Origin: an uncultured Chloroflexia bacterium
Lineage (GTDB): Bacteria; Chloroflexota; Anaerolineae; Anaerolineales; Villigracilaceae
DNA: 32,000 nucleotides
Direction: 5' to 3'
Assembly (NCBI GenBank): GCA_963842785.1
Contig: CAWJHP010000001.1
Coordinates: forward strand, 835,985 to 867,984
Part shown: positions 19,355 through 28,593 of the stretch, one piece after another
How the letters are laid out: every line of letters starts with the position of its first letter
Position numbering within the stretch: the first letter of the stretch is position 1
Notes under the pieces: generated by a model
Databases searched by the model: none
The model's input: only the letters and a program-made list of their open reading frames with translations
What the model was told of the DNA's origin: nothing
Program-made: the position numbers and the translations under genes

Positions 19355-20446
19355 TTATTTCTTCTTCAAACCGCAAAGAAGTTGAAAAAGGTCAGACCAC
19401 TGTTCAACCACTCTTTCGATCTTGATTCTCTCCAGTGCCGGCGTCTTCCGGGCAGCAACTCCAACCGTGTTGCGCAGAATCGGGTCACGAAGTATGCGTA
19501 TACAATCAATCCATTCATTCTCAGTGACAGCAAAATATCCGTTGACGCCATCCATGATTAGTTCCTTGTATGAAGGAATAGGGCTTGCGACGATTGGATA
19601 TCCAAGCGTCATGAAGGACGCAAGCCGGTTGCTTGACTTAGAGGCTCCCCACCCGTCAAGCTTGCACGGAATAACCGCCACATCTGATTGGGAAATATCT
19701 CTCCAACACGTGTCCGGTTTCCATTGATGAGTTGCGCCAGGATGCCTGGTGACGGTTCGCAGTTTTAGGGAGGCGAACTCAGGACGATCCAAAATTCCCT
19801 TGATGAATTTCGTCTCTGCCCAATTATCCGGGTGCCCCATCCATACTAGCTCAGGATCCACGCCGTGGTTGTCAGGTTTACGGGTGCAGTCTATCGGAAC
19901 CTCTATCGGGTCATCAATGAAGAAAACGTGCTTATGAAATTTTGACGCTTCCTCCCTTAAAAGTTCAGAAGATACAACAATGGCATTGACAAGTTCAAAG
20001 AGTCTCTGTGGAATGCGGTGAAACTCCAAATCACTTATGGTGAAGACAACCGCGATCCCATGTTTCCGGCAATCCTCCAATAGTTCCATTGTGGAGCCGG
20101 TCCAAGTTTGAATGACCAAGACATCGACCCTTTTCAGTACAGGCCGCCACTCCTGATGTTGCCACCTGAGCTGAACATCCGGTCGATCTGGCATATAAGA
20201 GATGGTACTTATAAACCCACACCGACTTGTATGTGCGTATCTGTCGATAAGGATTCCCTTGAGCCTCGAGCTTCCAACCCACTCGTTTCCAGCCAGCACC
20301 CACGTTACTCTTGGTATGTCGTCTCGAGTTTTCAAGGGAAGTGTACGCCAATTCCCAGTTGTATACCTCCGCACTGCGCTTGTCGGGGCATACCCAAAAT
20401 ATGATAATAATCGGTTAATTATTGAGGAAATTGCAGTAGATGTCAT
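19355..20446 (-). CDS. Putative GT-B fold glycosyltransferase (family uncertain)
   Basis: Intact 363-aa ORF. Only the C-terminal part looks family-like: ...VAVIPCKLDGWGASKSSNRLASFMTLGYPIVASPIPSYKELIMDGVNGYF. Confidence 0.5.
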   Translation of the reverse strand: MTSTAISSIINRLLSYFGYAPTSAVRRYTTGNWRTLPLKTRDDIPRVTWVLAGNEWVGSSRLKGILIDRYAHTSRCGFISTISYMPDRPDVQLRWQHQEWRPVLKRVDVLVIQTWTGSTMELLEDCRKHGIAVVFTISDLEFHRIPQRLFELVNAIVVSSELLREEASKFHKHVFFIDDPIEVPIDCTRKPDNHGVDPELVWMGHPDNWAETKFIKGILDRPEFASLKLRTVTRHPGATHQWKPDTCWRDISQSDVAVIPCKLDGWGASKSSNRLASFMTLGYPIVASPIPSYKELIMDGVNGYFAVTENEWIDCIRILRDPILRNTVGVAARKTPALERIKIERVVEQWSDLFQLLCGLKKK

Positions 20447-20636
20447 TCAAGTAAGTAAACCAGCAAGAACAACCAGGACGATTGGTGTTCCTCAAAGAAA
20501 CGAATTATTTGGTCTAAAAATTTTCACCTGTTAAGCCTTGCGATGTTTCGTCGCAATTTTCACCCATTTGCGCCAAGTAAACCAATAGTTTTTATCAAGC
20601 AAACGGGAAGGGCGGTAGAATATTGCAAGAAACATG

Positions 20637-21533
20637 TTAAAAAGATGGAGACTGATTAGTATCTATTCCGTACCATGCTGCCCTGTAATGAACATTACTC
20701 ATGGTCTCTCGCCTGAGAGCTTTCACTTGAGGAGGTAGATCTGGTCTTCCAAAAAAACTTCGGTACATTTGTGGAAGTTCTGATATCCAGAACTTACGCG
20801 CCACTACTTGTTTGGCATTGGGGTGAGTTCTAAATTGGGCAACATTGAATGGTATAAAATGCATCTCGCAGGTCAATCCGCATCGGATGAAAAAGTCGCG
20901 ATCCATTACAACATGCCAGTTTTCTTCCAATAGACCTACACGATCCAGTGCCTGGCGTCGGATAAAGCTACCCGGTTGCGGTATCGGTATATCCAAAGTA
21001 CGTAACATTTGACTATACTCAACCGGCCGCCCGCGATCAGGACCGAGTACTTTCCCGTTCTCATCAATAAGCTCTGTCATACCATATGTAAAATCGACCT
21101 TATCGCTGGCAAATGCCCTAGCAGTCTGGTTGAGCGCGTCTGGCTTGAGCAAATCATCCGAATTGAGCCACCCGATTATGTCTCCCTTTGCTTGTTGCCA
21201 GCCTTTATTGATCGCGTGGCTCTGTCCTTTATCTTTTTCGCTTACCCAATTCGCTAGCCAAGGTGAGTATTTTTTGATGATCGCCACGCTGCCGTCTGTG
21301 CTACCACCATCCATAATGATGTATTCGAGATTCGGATAGCCTTGCAACAAGATGGACCGGATCGTCTCTTCAAGAAATTGTGCCTGATTGAAGGATGGTG
21401 TAACGATGCTTATCAGAGGCCAGGCTGAGCCATCCGGCATCCTTTCCGGAATTTCGGGACTGACCTCTCTCCATGGCCACCCCATTTTACCTTCGGGCGG
21501 AGATGGAAGGTCATTTATGCTCGGACAATGCAT
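20637..21533 (-). CDS. GT2-family glycosyltransferase
   Basis: 298-aa ORF with LISIVTPSFNQAQFLEETIRSILLQGYPNLEYIIMDGGSTDGS...GWLNSDD. The stop lies in a T5 run. A further 34 codons (to 20531) are open in the +1 frame and may be a lost C-terminal tail. Confidence 0.85.
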   Translation of the reverse strand: MHCPSINDLPSPPEGKMGWPWREVSPEIPERMPDGSAWPLISIVTPSFNQAQFLEETIRSILLQGYPNLEYIIMDGGSTDGSVAIIKKYSPWLANWVSEKDKGQSHAINKGWQQAKGDIIGWLNSDDLLKPDALNQTARAFASDKVDFTYGMTELIDENGKVLGPDRGRPVEYSQMLRTLDIPIPQPGSFIRRQALDRVGLLEENWHVVMDRDFFIRCGLTCEMHFIPFNVAQFRTHPNAKQVVARKFWISELPQMYRSFFGRPDLPPQVKALRRETMSNVHYRAAWYGIDTNQSPSF

Positions 21534-22875
21534 GGCTCAGTTGCCTTTCAAGGATGTGTAGATACCAATTCAAATAATCATCCACCTGGCGCTCCAAACT
21601 GAATCGCTTGCGTACTGACTCTGCCGCGTGTTCTCCCATGAAATGCATTAACTGGCTGTCATCCAATAACCGCTTGATTGCCTGCGCCATATCAAGAGGA
21701 TCAGAGAGTTTAGTGATAATGCCTGTTACACCGTTATCGATCTGCTCGGGAATACCTCCGACACCTGTTGCTACGACTGGCGTGCCACAAGCAAGTGCTT
21801 CTATTATAGAATTTGGAAACGTATCAGCTTTCGTGGCATGAATGTAAATGTCCGCAGATTGATAATAAAGGGCCATCTTTTCGCGGTTATGAACGTAAGG
21901 TAGAAAACGGAGTTCGACATCGCCTCTTTTTTCCGAAGGGCCGCCTTCACCAATAGCAATGAACAAGAGGTGATTACTATGTCTATATTCTCGACCGACT
22001 TGATCAAGAGTCGCTTCCAAGGTTGCATAGTCCTTGAAAGGATGGTTCTTGATGTGATTAGCTGCAACAAATACCAGGATCCTGGCATCCAACGGCAAAT
22101 TCATTTGGCCGCGAGCCGACCTGCGATCTACTGGCGAAAAGATGGCAGTATCAACACCATTGTAAATCACTCTCGCCTCAACAACGGCCTCCTGGAGTAT
22201 CGATGCGCCGACCTTGTCCATCAGCCATTGGCTGGGTGTAGCCACGTAAAGCTGGCTTCTCCGGTATATGCTCCTTTTACGCCGCCAGTTATATGCTGTC
22301 CCGTCTCGGGGAATAGCCGGGCTTATTGTAAGGTCTGGGCAATGACCACATCCTGTACGCCACCGCTCGCAAGTCATTGAATGAGCGCAATGTCCACTCA
22401 ATAACCACATGTCATGTAATGTGATTACCGTAGGCACTCGTCTACTGAGTGATGGCAAATTACGAAGGTCAAAATAACCACCATGTAGGTTATGCAAATG
22501 AACAATGTTAGGTGTCCCAGAAACTAAATCCAAAAAGTGCTGCGTGCCTGGAAAATTAAAATCCTCCCATCCTAGCTTCCGCTCCATCTCCGACCTTACT
22601 TTGGAGAGTTTACGAAATAAGGACCGTATGCGCCAAACGCCCCGAATATGAGAATCAAGTGATTGCAATCTTCCGTCCAGGACTTGTAAAGGTTGCCCCC
22701 AAAATCCAAATGCAATAGACCGTTGTATCTCATATACACTTGTATCGCTTGAATGTTTTCGTCCAACGACTAAACTGGAATCATACTCACGATTCCGGTA
22801 AGAAGTGAAGAGATTCCAAGCTATTGTAGCCGCTCCACCCTCAAAGTCAGACGTGTTAACTTGCAAAATTCTCAT
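21511..22875 (-). CDS. GT4-family glycosyltransferase with Cys-rich insert
   Basis: Intact 454-aa ORF with MRILQVNTSDFEGGAA..., HCAHSMTCERWRTGCGHCPDL, and ...ATKADTFPNSIIEALACGTPVVATGVGGIPEQI. Confidence 0.8.
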   Translation of the reverse strand: MRILQVNTSDFEGGAATIAWNLFTSYRNREYDSSLVVGRKHSSDTSVYEIQRSIAFGFWGQPLQVLDGRLQSLDSHIRGVWRIRSLFRKLSKVRSEMERKLGWEDFNFPGTQHFLDLVSGTPNIVHLHNLHGGYFDLRNLPSLSRRVPTVITLHDMWLLSGHCAHSMTCERWRTGCGHCPDLTISPAIPRDGTAYNWRRKRSIYRRSQLYVATPSQWLMDKVGASILQEAVVEARVIYNGVDTAIFSPVDRRSARGQMNLPLDARILVFVAANHIKNHPFKDYATLEATLDQVGREYRHSNHLLFIAIGEGGPSEKRGDVELRFLPYVHNREKMALYYQSADIYIHATKADTFPNSIIEALACGTPVVATGVGGIPEQIDNGVTGIITKLSDPLDMAQAIKRLLDDSQLMHFMGEHAAESVRKRFSLERQVDDYLNWYLHILERQLSHALSEHK

Positions 22876-22889
22876 GCGCTATACATTGA

Positions 22890-24099
22890 TTAAAAAAAAT
22901 TCCAATCGCAGATCGGATAAACTGCTCCACTTTCATTGATACTGTTTGCGGACTGATGCGGGCTGGCCATATTCAATATTTCAAATTCCAAACATTCCTC
23001 ATCAATAAAAAAATCCTTGTACCCATTCCCGAGCCAGATGGACAATTTATAGGTACCATTGAAAAGCTTAGGCTGTAAGACGCGTACAACTACTTTTCTA
23101 GCACGGGAATGATTTTGGCTTAATTTTACATTATCGAGTTTTTGATTCGTACCGAATATTTTACGACCGGCGTAATCGCTGATCACAAAACCAAGGCTCA
23201 AAGAATTTAGGCTGATGTCAACATCTCTATATTCCACACAAATTTCAACAAATTCCCTGTTTTGATTGGCAGATACGTATTTTATAGGTCCCGCGGGATA
23301 TTCCTTTCTTTGTTTCGTGGTCATCCCATAATATTGAGTGATCACGTGCTGGATTGGCCCAGAATCCAGGATTTGACCATGGCCAAGCCATATCCCTGAT
23401 TTGCACAACTTCGATACCGTTGCCATATTGTGGCTCACAAATAGCACCGTTCTACCCTCTCCCGCCACATCTCCCATTTTTCCCAAACACTTCTTTTGGA
23501 ACTCCGCGTCCCCCACCGCCAGCACTTCATCTACAATAAGGATCTCGGATTCCAGGTGGGCGGCAACGGCAAAAGCCAGTCGCACGTACATACCACTCGA
23601 GTAGCGTTTGACAGGGGTATCAATGAATTTATCAATCTCTGAAAAACCCGACGATCTCATCGAACTTCCGCCTGCACTTCCTCTTTTGTCATACCTAGGA
23701 TTGCGCCGTTAAGATAGATATTCTCCCGTCCGGTCAGATCAGGATGAAAACCGGTGCCCACCTCCAGCAGGCTGGCGATGCGACCCTTTACTTTTAGCGG
23801 CCATTGGTTGGGGCAGTAACCCGCGAGAGGATTTTAAGCAGGGTGCTTTTCCGGCACCATTGCGTCCGATAATACCGAGCGCATCTCCCTGGTTCACCTG
23901 GAGGCTTCATATCCTTAAGCGCCCACAAGTCCTCCCCTACCATATTGCCATGGTCCGTTTGACCAATTTTTAGCAGTGGGTTGTCCCGACCACGTTGCCG
24001 CGCCCACCAAACCATCAAATCATTTTTTAAAGTACCGGTGCCTATCTGGCCCAGGCGGTAGACTTTGGAGAGATTTTCGACAGAGATGACAATGCTCAT
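22890..24099 (-). pseudogene. wzt: Wzt/TagH-type polysaccharide ABC-transporter ATPase with C-terminal glycan-binding domain; about 5 frameshifts
   Basis: The expected order (N-terminal ...LWALKD, Walker A [37 protein letters not shown], Q-loop [86 protein letters not shown]) is recovered only by changing frame at about 23907, 23847-23850, about 23797, about 23669 and 23642-23646. The C-terminal 150 aa resembles the Wzt_C beta-sandwich. The ATG overlaps the wzm TGA. Confidence 0.8.
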
Positions 24100-24974
24100 A
24101 CTGTATCCATGAAGGTCTGCTCGACACGATTGAAGATAATAATGCCAAGGAAGACCACTACTATCATGAAGACAAAACTATAAAGCAGGTGACCAAAGTT
24201 TAGTGATCCCGCGCCTAGAGCGGCATAACGGAAAGCCTCCACTATGGATGTCATTGGGTTGGACAGGATGACCCAGCGGAAACGTGCGGGGATGGAAGAG
24301 ATCGGGAGTATAACAGGCGTGGTGTACATCAGAAGGGACACACCAAACCCCACCAAGAAGCGCAAGTCGCGGTATTTGGTCGTGAGCGAGGAAATGATGA
24401 TGCCAAGTCCCATCCCAAGTCCCGCCATTATAAGCACCAGAATCGGCGAGAGAGCGATCCCCAACCAGCTTGGATGGATCACAGTGCCCAGCAATAAAAA
24501 ATAAACCACAAAACCAAGGAACAACCCGACCTGGATAAGAAAGGCTATTAAACTAGATATCAAGACGGAGAATGGCACGGTCAGGCGCGGGAAGTAAACC
24601 TTGCCGAAAAGGCCAATATTGGTGATAAAGGTATCACTCGTCTTGGTCAGGCAACTGGCAAAATAAGACCAAACCACTGTGCCGGACATGTAGAACAAGA
24701 ACTTCGGAGAACCATCGGTAGGTAAACTCGCAACGCTACCAAAGATGAATGTGAAAATCACGGTTGTCAGCACAGGTTGGATGATATACCAGAGTGGCCC
24801 CAGGATGGTCTGCTTGTAAACTGAGACAAAGTCACGGCGCACGAAGAGGATCACCAAGTCTTTATAGCGCCATAGGTCGCCCAGCTTCAGGTCCAGCAGA
24901 TGGCGCTTGGGCTCGATGATCATGTCCCAATGGTCTTTATCGATGGACAGGGATTCTTTCAGGGAAGAATTCAT
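24096..24974 (-). CDS. wzm: ABC-2 type polysaccharide export permease
   Basis: Intact 292-aa ORF with about 6 hydrophobic helices and the typical N-terminal LWRYKDLVILFVRRDFVSVYKQTILGPLWYIIQP. Translationally coupled (ATGA) to wzt. Confidence 0.85.
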   Translation of the reverse strand: MNSSLKESLSIDKDHWDMIIEPKRHLLDLKLGDLWRYKDLVILFVRRDFVSVYKQTILGPLWYIIQPVLTTVIFTFIFGSVASLPTDGSPKFLFYMSGTVVWSYFASCLTKTSDTFITNIGLFGKVYFPRLTVPFSVLISSLIAFLIQVGLFLGFVVYFLLLGTVIHPSWLGIALSPILVLIMAGLGMGLGIIISSLTTKYRDLRFLVGFGVSLLMYTTPVILPISSIPARFRWVILSNPMTSIVEAFRYAALGAGSLNFGHLLYSFVFMIVVVFLGIIIFNRVEQTFMDTV

Positions 24975-25281
24975 ATTATGGTAGGAAAAAACTCATTAAT
25001 TCCAAATCTTTTTTTCCAAAAAATGACCAAAAAGCCCCATTTTTTCGCTCGTTTTTTAGACCGGGATTTTTCCGGCATGCGCTCCCGCCACGTTGGCGAA
25101 GCCCCCCATGCGGCTTTTTCTGTCGGAAAAGAACAAAATATGGACGGAATCTGTCATTAAACGCCCTTTTCCTGGCCTCTTTACCCCCATCCCCCTGCTC
25201 CTCTTCACCCCTGTCTCCCCCATCGTTCCTCATCGTTTTATCATTTCTCACGCGCCTGGGCCGCGTACGCCTCTGGAATAC

Positions 25282-26247
25282 TTATCCGGTCTGGATTTCC
25301 TTCGCCCATTCCCGCTCGGTCCGATACCACTCCACCAGCCGGTCAACGCCCTCTTCAAGCCTCACCTTGGGCTGCCAGCCCAGCAAATCCCTGGCCTTGG
25401 CAACCTTCGCCTGGTTGGTGAGCATGTCGGCCAGATTGGGGGGATGCCGCTCGATGATGGCTTTCCTGCCAATCCGCTTTTCGAGCAAGGCGATCAGGGC
25501 ATTCATGGTAATTACCTCATGCCCGCCCAGGTTGATGATCTCGTAGCCGAGCGGCTGCAGGGCCGCGATGGTGCCACGCGCGATGTCGTCCACGTAGGTA
25601 AAACCACGCGATTGTTCCCCGTCACCGTACAATTGCAGCGGCTGGCCCTCGCTGATCCATTTCGTGAAACGGAACATGCTCATGTCCGGGCGTCCCGCCG
25701 GACCGTAGACGGTAAAATAGCGCAGCACGCTGACATCCAGCCCATACAGGGCGTGGTAGCTGTACGTGAGCGCCTCGGCGGCTTTCTTGCTGGCCGCGTA
25801 CGGCTGCAACGGGTGGTCGCTGTCGGCGGTCTCCGGGGTGGGATGGGGTGCGTTCGCCCCATAGATACTGGAAGTGGAGGCCAGGATGAACTTCCGGATG
25901 CCCTTTTGCCGGCACAGTTCGAGCAGGTTCAGCGTCCCCGTGACATTCGTCTCCACGAAGGCCCAGGGGTTCTCGACGCTCGCCCGTACCCCGGCCCTGG
26001 CCGCCAGGTTGATGACCGCATCAAAGGCTGGCAGCCTTTCCACTGCTGCGCGTTTTGATATATCCAATTTTTGGAAGGTGAATCCGGGCAAGGTCTGCAA
26101 CTTGCGCAGGCGGTACTCCTTCATGCGCACGTCGTAGGCGTCGTTCAGGTTGTCCACGCCGGTCACGGCATGTCCCTGCTCGATCAGCATTTCACTGACC
26201 CGGCTCCCGATAAAACCGGCCGCACCGGTAACGAGGTAATTAGACAT
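25282..26247 (-). CDS. Extended-SDR NAD-dependent NDP-sugar epimerase (UDP-glucuronate/UDP-hexose 4-epimerase-like)
   Basis: 321-aa ORF with YLVTGAAGFIGSRV, VDNLNDAYDVRMKEYRL, STSSIYG, and PYAASKKAAE (YxxxK). Confidence 0.85.
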   Translation of the reverse strand: MSNYLVTGAAGFIGSRVSEMLIEQGHAVTGVDNLNDAYDVRMKEYRLRKLQTLPGFTFQKLDISKRAAVERLPAFDAVINLAARAGVRASVENPWAFVETNVTGTLNLLELCRQKGIRKFILASTSSIYGANAPHPTPETADSDHPLQPYAASKKAAEALTYSYHALYGLDVSVLRYFTVYGPAGRPDMSMFRFTKWISEGQPLQLYGDGEQSRGFTYVDDIARGTIAALQPLGYEIINLGGHEVITMNALIALLEKRIGRKAIIERHPPNLADMLTNQAKVAKARDLLGWQPKVRLEEGVDRLVEWYRTEREWAKEIQTG

Positions 26248-26280
26248 TCGATTAAATTCTGGTCTTGCTAGTGCTAAGCG

Positions 26281-28059
26281 TCAGGGTGATTTCGATCCAT
26301 GATCGTTGGTAAACTGCCGCGCCAGGGCGTTGCGGACCTGTCGCAGGCGAGCCAGTAACGGATCATTTTCCGGGATGGCGAGCGCTTCCAATTCCGTCAA
26401 CCACTTCACCACTTCCTGGATCGGTACCGCTCCATCCCAATCCGGGGAAATCAGGTCATCCGAAAGCATATCCGTGGCGAAGAGACATCCCGAGAGCATC
26501 TCGAACAGATCCGGGATCAACACGATGCGTGCCGTGGTCTTTCGGCAGCGGTCTAGAATGCTTCTGCGCTTTTCAATCGGGATATTACCGATCGCGAACA
26601 GGATCACACCTATGCTCCAATGGTCGACCAGCTTGGGTATATCCTCGGTTGTCCCGATCACCTTGTTTCCATCAAAGCGCTGGCCCATTTTCTTCGGGTC
26701 GTCATCCACCATCCCGATGATGTTGAGCATTTTCCCGGGTTCACCCTGGCGAAAAAATCCCGCCGCCAGTTGGGCCAAATGGCCGGCACCGACCACCAGC
26801 ACGCGTTCTCCCACTTCGGTCGGCTTGCCGCGCAGTTGCAGCCAGCGCGTCGCCACGCCGGTCACCAGGCGTGTCCGGTAGCGTGCCACCAGGAAACCAA
26901 AGTAGGCCAGGACAGTGGCCGTTATCCACATCCCAATCGGGAGGCGGTTCAGGAGCCGGGTCAACCGGTCTACAGTGATCAGGATCAGCATGGTAAGGAT
27001 GCCCGTACCAGCCAGTCCCAGTGCATCCAGGGCGCGTGCACTCGACCAGGTGATCCGGTTCATCCCCAGCAGGGCATTGATGAATCCGAACAGAAGCGCG
27101 ATCGCCACGGCCATCACGAAGGAGGCTCCCCACCCCAAATTGAGCGGACCAGCCGCCCGCCAGATGGCGCCCGTGATGCCCACTGCCACCAAGGCGATGG
27201 GAACGTCGATCAGGAATAAGTTGACATGCCGGGAGAATAAGCGTGCAAGCGGACCCCAGGTCAGCATATTCTCAGGAAAGGACCGGTTGCGCACACCTGG
27301 TAAAAGGGCGATGGTTGTCAGGAAAATGATGTCCAGATCACCCAGGAAGGTATGGTCTTTGCTATAGACTTGGTCCATTCGCAGCTTGGATGGGGCGATA
27401 TTGCTCAGATACTTTTCCATGACAGATTCGGTTTCCAATAACCGTTCCTCATCTCGAAAGAAAATCGAGGCCGGGCTGGTAATTCCTGGCCGGATGGAAA
27501 GAATGCTCTGGCGTTCCTCGTCAGTCCAGGTGGCAAAGATATCGGGGTCTTCCGGTCGCGGGCCCACCAGGCTCATTTCCCCCTTCAGGACGTTCCACAA
27601 CTGCGGAATTTCATTCAGCTTGGTATCCCGCAGCCAGCGTCCGACAGGTGTAATGCGTGGGTCATTTTTTGCGGTGATGCGTGGGCCGTCCTCACCTTCC
27701 GGGCAATCGATCATCGTGCTGAACTTCAATATCTTGAATTTCATGCCACGTAAACCCACGCGCGCTCCGTGATAGAACACGGGGCCTGGACATGTCCGTT
27801 TGATATAAAGGGCAACCAGGGCAAATACCGGCGATAAGACAAATAGACCAGCTGCCGATACAACAATATCGAATAGACGCTTGCCGAATTCGCCGGTACG
27901 GATCTTGATCTTACTCGTGGATGTCACTTCCTGATTAATCGTCGCCACACCAAGTAACCTCTTTCCCTGCAATTTTATCCTCACATCCATGCTCCGCCCT
28001 TCCGACATCGCCACGCGATTCAGAACAATGGTTCTATCTGACCAGCCTGCCGCCAACAA
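26281..28059 (-). CDS. Polyprenyl-phosphate phosphoglycosyl transferase (Bac_transf catalytic core) fused to C-terminal TM and Rossmann-like module
   Basis: 592-aa ORF (TTG start; ATGs at 28008 or 27990 are alternatives). The catalytic core reads [75 protein letters not shown]. Hydrophobic helices follow, then [41 protein letters not shown]. Confidence 0.85.
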   Translation of the reverse strand: MLAAGWSDRTIVLNRVAMSEGRSMDVRIKLQGKRLLGVATINQEVTSTSKIKIRTGEFGKRLFDIVVSAAGLFVLSPVFALVALYIKRTCPGPVFYHGARVGLRGMKFKILKFSTMIDCPEGEDGPRITAKNDPRITPVGRWLRDTKLNEIPQLWNVLKGEMSLVGPRPEDPDIFATWTDEERQSILSIRPGITSPASIFFRDEERLLETESVMEKYLSNIAPSKLRMDQVYSKDHTFLGDLDIIFLTTIALLPGVRNRSFPENMLTWGPLARLFSRHVNLFLIDVPIALVAVGITGAIWRAAGPLNLGWGASFVMAVAIALLFGFINALLGMNRITWSSARALDALGLAGTGILTMLILITVDRLTRLLNRLPIGMWITATVLAYFGFLVARYRTRLVTGVATRWLQLRGKPTEVGERVLVVGAGHLAQLAAGFFRQGEPGKMLNIIGMVDDDPKKMGQRFDGNKVIGTTEDIPKLVDHWSIGVILFAIGNIPIEKRRSILDRCRKTTARIVLIPDLFEMLSGCLFATDMLSDDLISPDWDGAVPIQEVVKWLTELEALAIPENDPLLARLRQVRNALARQFTNDHGSKSP

Positions 28060-28083
28060 CCTTACCCGGTCGCAGGGCGGTGG

Positions 28084-28593
28084 CTATTTTTTCGGGCGAA
28101 CGTAGCCTGCCGGTAGTTCAACCGCCATCTTCCGATACCTGAGCAGTTTCAACAACACACGCACGCGTTCGGTTCCGGGCAGGCGTACATCGAAAATTGC
28201 TTCATACCCTGCGAACGGCCCAGAGTGCACCAGGACTGTTTCACCCGATTTAAGAACATCGAACAATTCCCCCCCGGCTGAGTTGATCTCTTCCACACGC
28301 TGCCGGATGGCGTGGATCAATCCATCCGGCACGGAAGCCGGCGTACCGCCGAAGGCGATCAGGCCGGCCGAGCCAGGTACGTATTGTAAAGCCGACAAGC
28401 CCATTCTTTCCAAATCTGCGCGCACGAATATATATCCCGGAAAGTAAGACCTGACTTTGCGGGCACGCGGGTTGATTACTTGTACTCGGATACGCGGGGC
28501 AAATGTTTCGATCCTGCGGAGCTCGAGTTGTTCAGCCAGCAATTCCTCTTTATGAGGTTTACTGTGCAAGGCGTACCAGTAAGCAGCCATCAT
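28084..28593 (-). CDS. Specialised NusG paralog (RfaH/LoaP/UpxY-type transcription antiterminator candidate)
   Basis: 169-aa ORF. NGN-like N-terminus: WYALHSKPHKEELLAEQLELRRIETFAPRI...YFPGYIFVRADLE. KOW-like C-terminus: GETVLVHSGPFAGYEAIFD. It is the first gene of the glycan operon, 24 nt upstream of the PGT. Confidence 0.8.
   Translation of the reverse strand: MMAAYWYALHSKPHKEELLAEQLELRRIETFAPRIRVQVINPRARKVRSYFPGYIFVRADLERMGLSALQYVPGSAGLIAFGGTPASVPDGLIHAIRQRVEEINSAGGELFDVLKSGETVLVHSGPFAGYEAIFDVRLPGTERVRVLLKLLRYRKMAVELPAGYVRPKK

Noticed and set aside
8115-24099. Alternative genetic code or programmed ribosomal frameshifting as an explanation for the interrupted genes.
   Set aside because: TAA, TAG and TGA all serve as ordinary terminators at tightly packed gene ends in this window. 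The frame changes occur in both directions at sites with no shared slippery motif or downstream structure. Several genes would need 4-5 events.
25093-26058. 321-aa plus-strand ORF opposite the SDR epimerase. Similar long plus-strand ORFs lie at 26306-27367 opposite the PGT gene.
   Set aside because: It mirrors the minus-strand gene almost exactly, has no start context and no recognisable motifs. GC-rich antisense frames lack stop codons by chance.
28076-28084. GGCGGTGGC between the NusG paralog and the PGT gene, resembling the RfaH ops core (GGCGGTAG) and Chi.
   Set aside because: It is on the plus strand, which is the template strand for this operon, and ops acts on the non-template strand. 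It also differs from ops at key positions.
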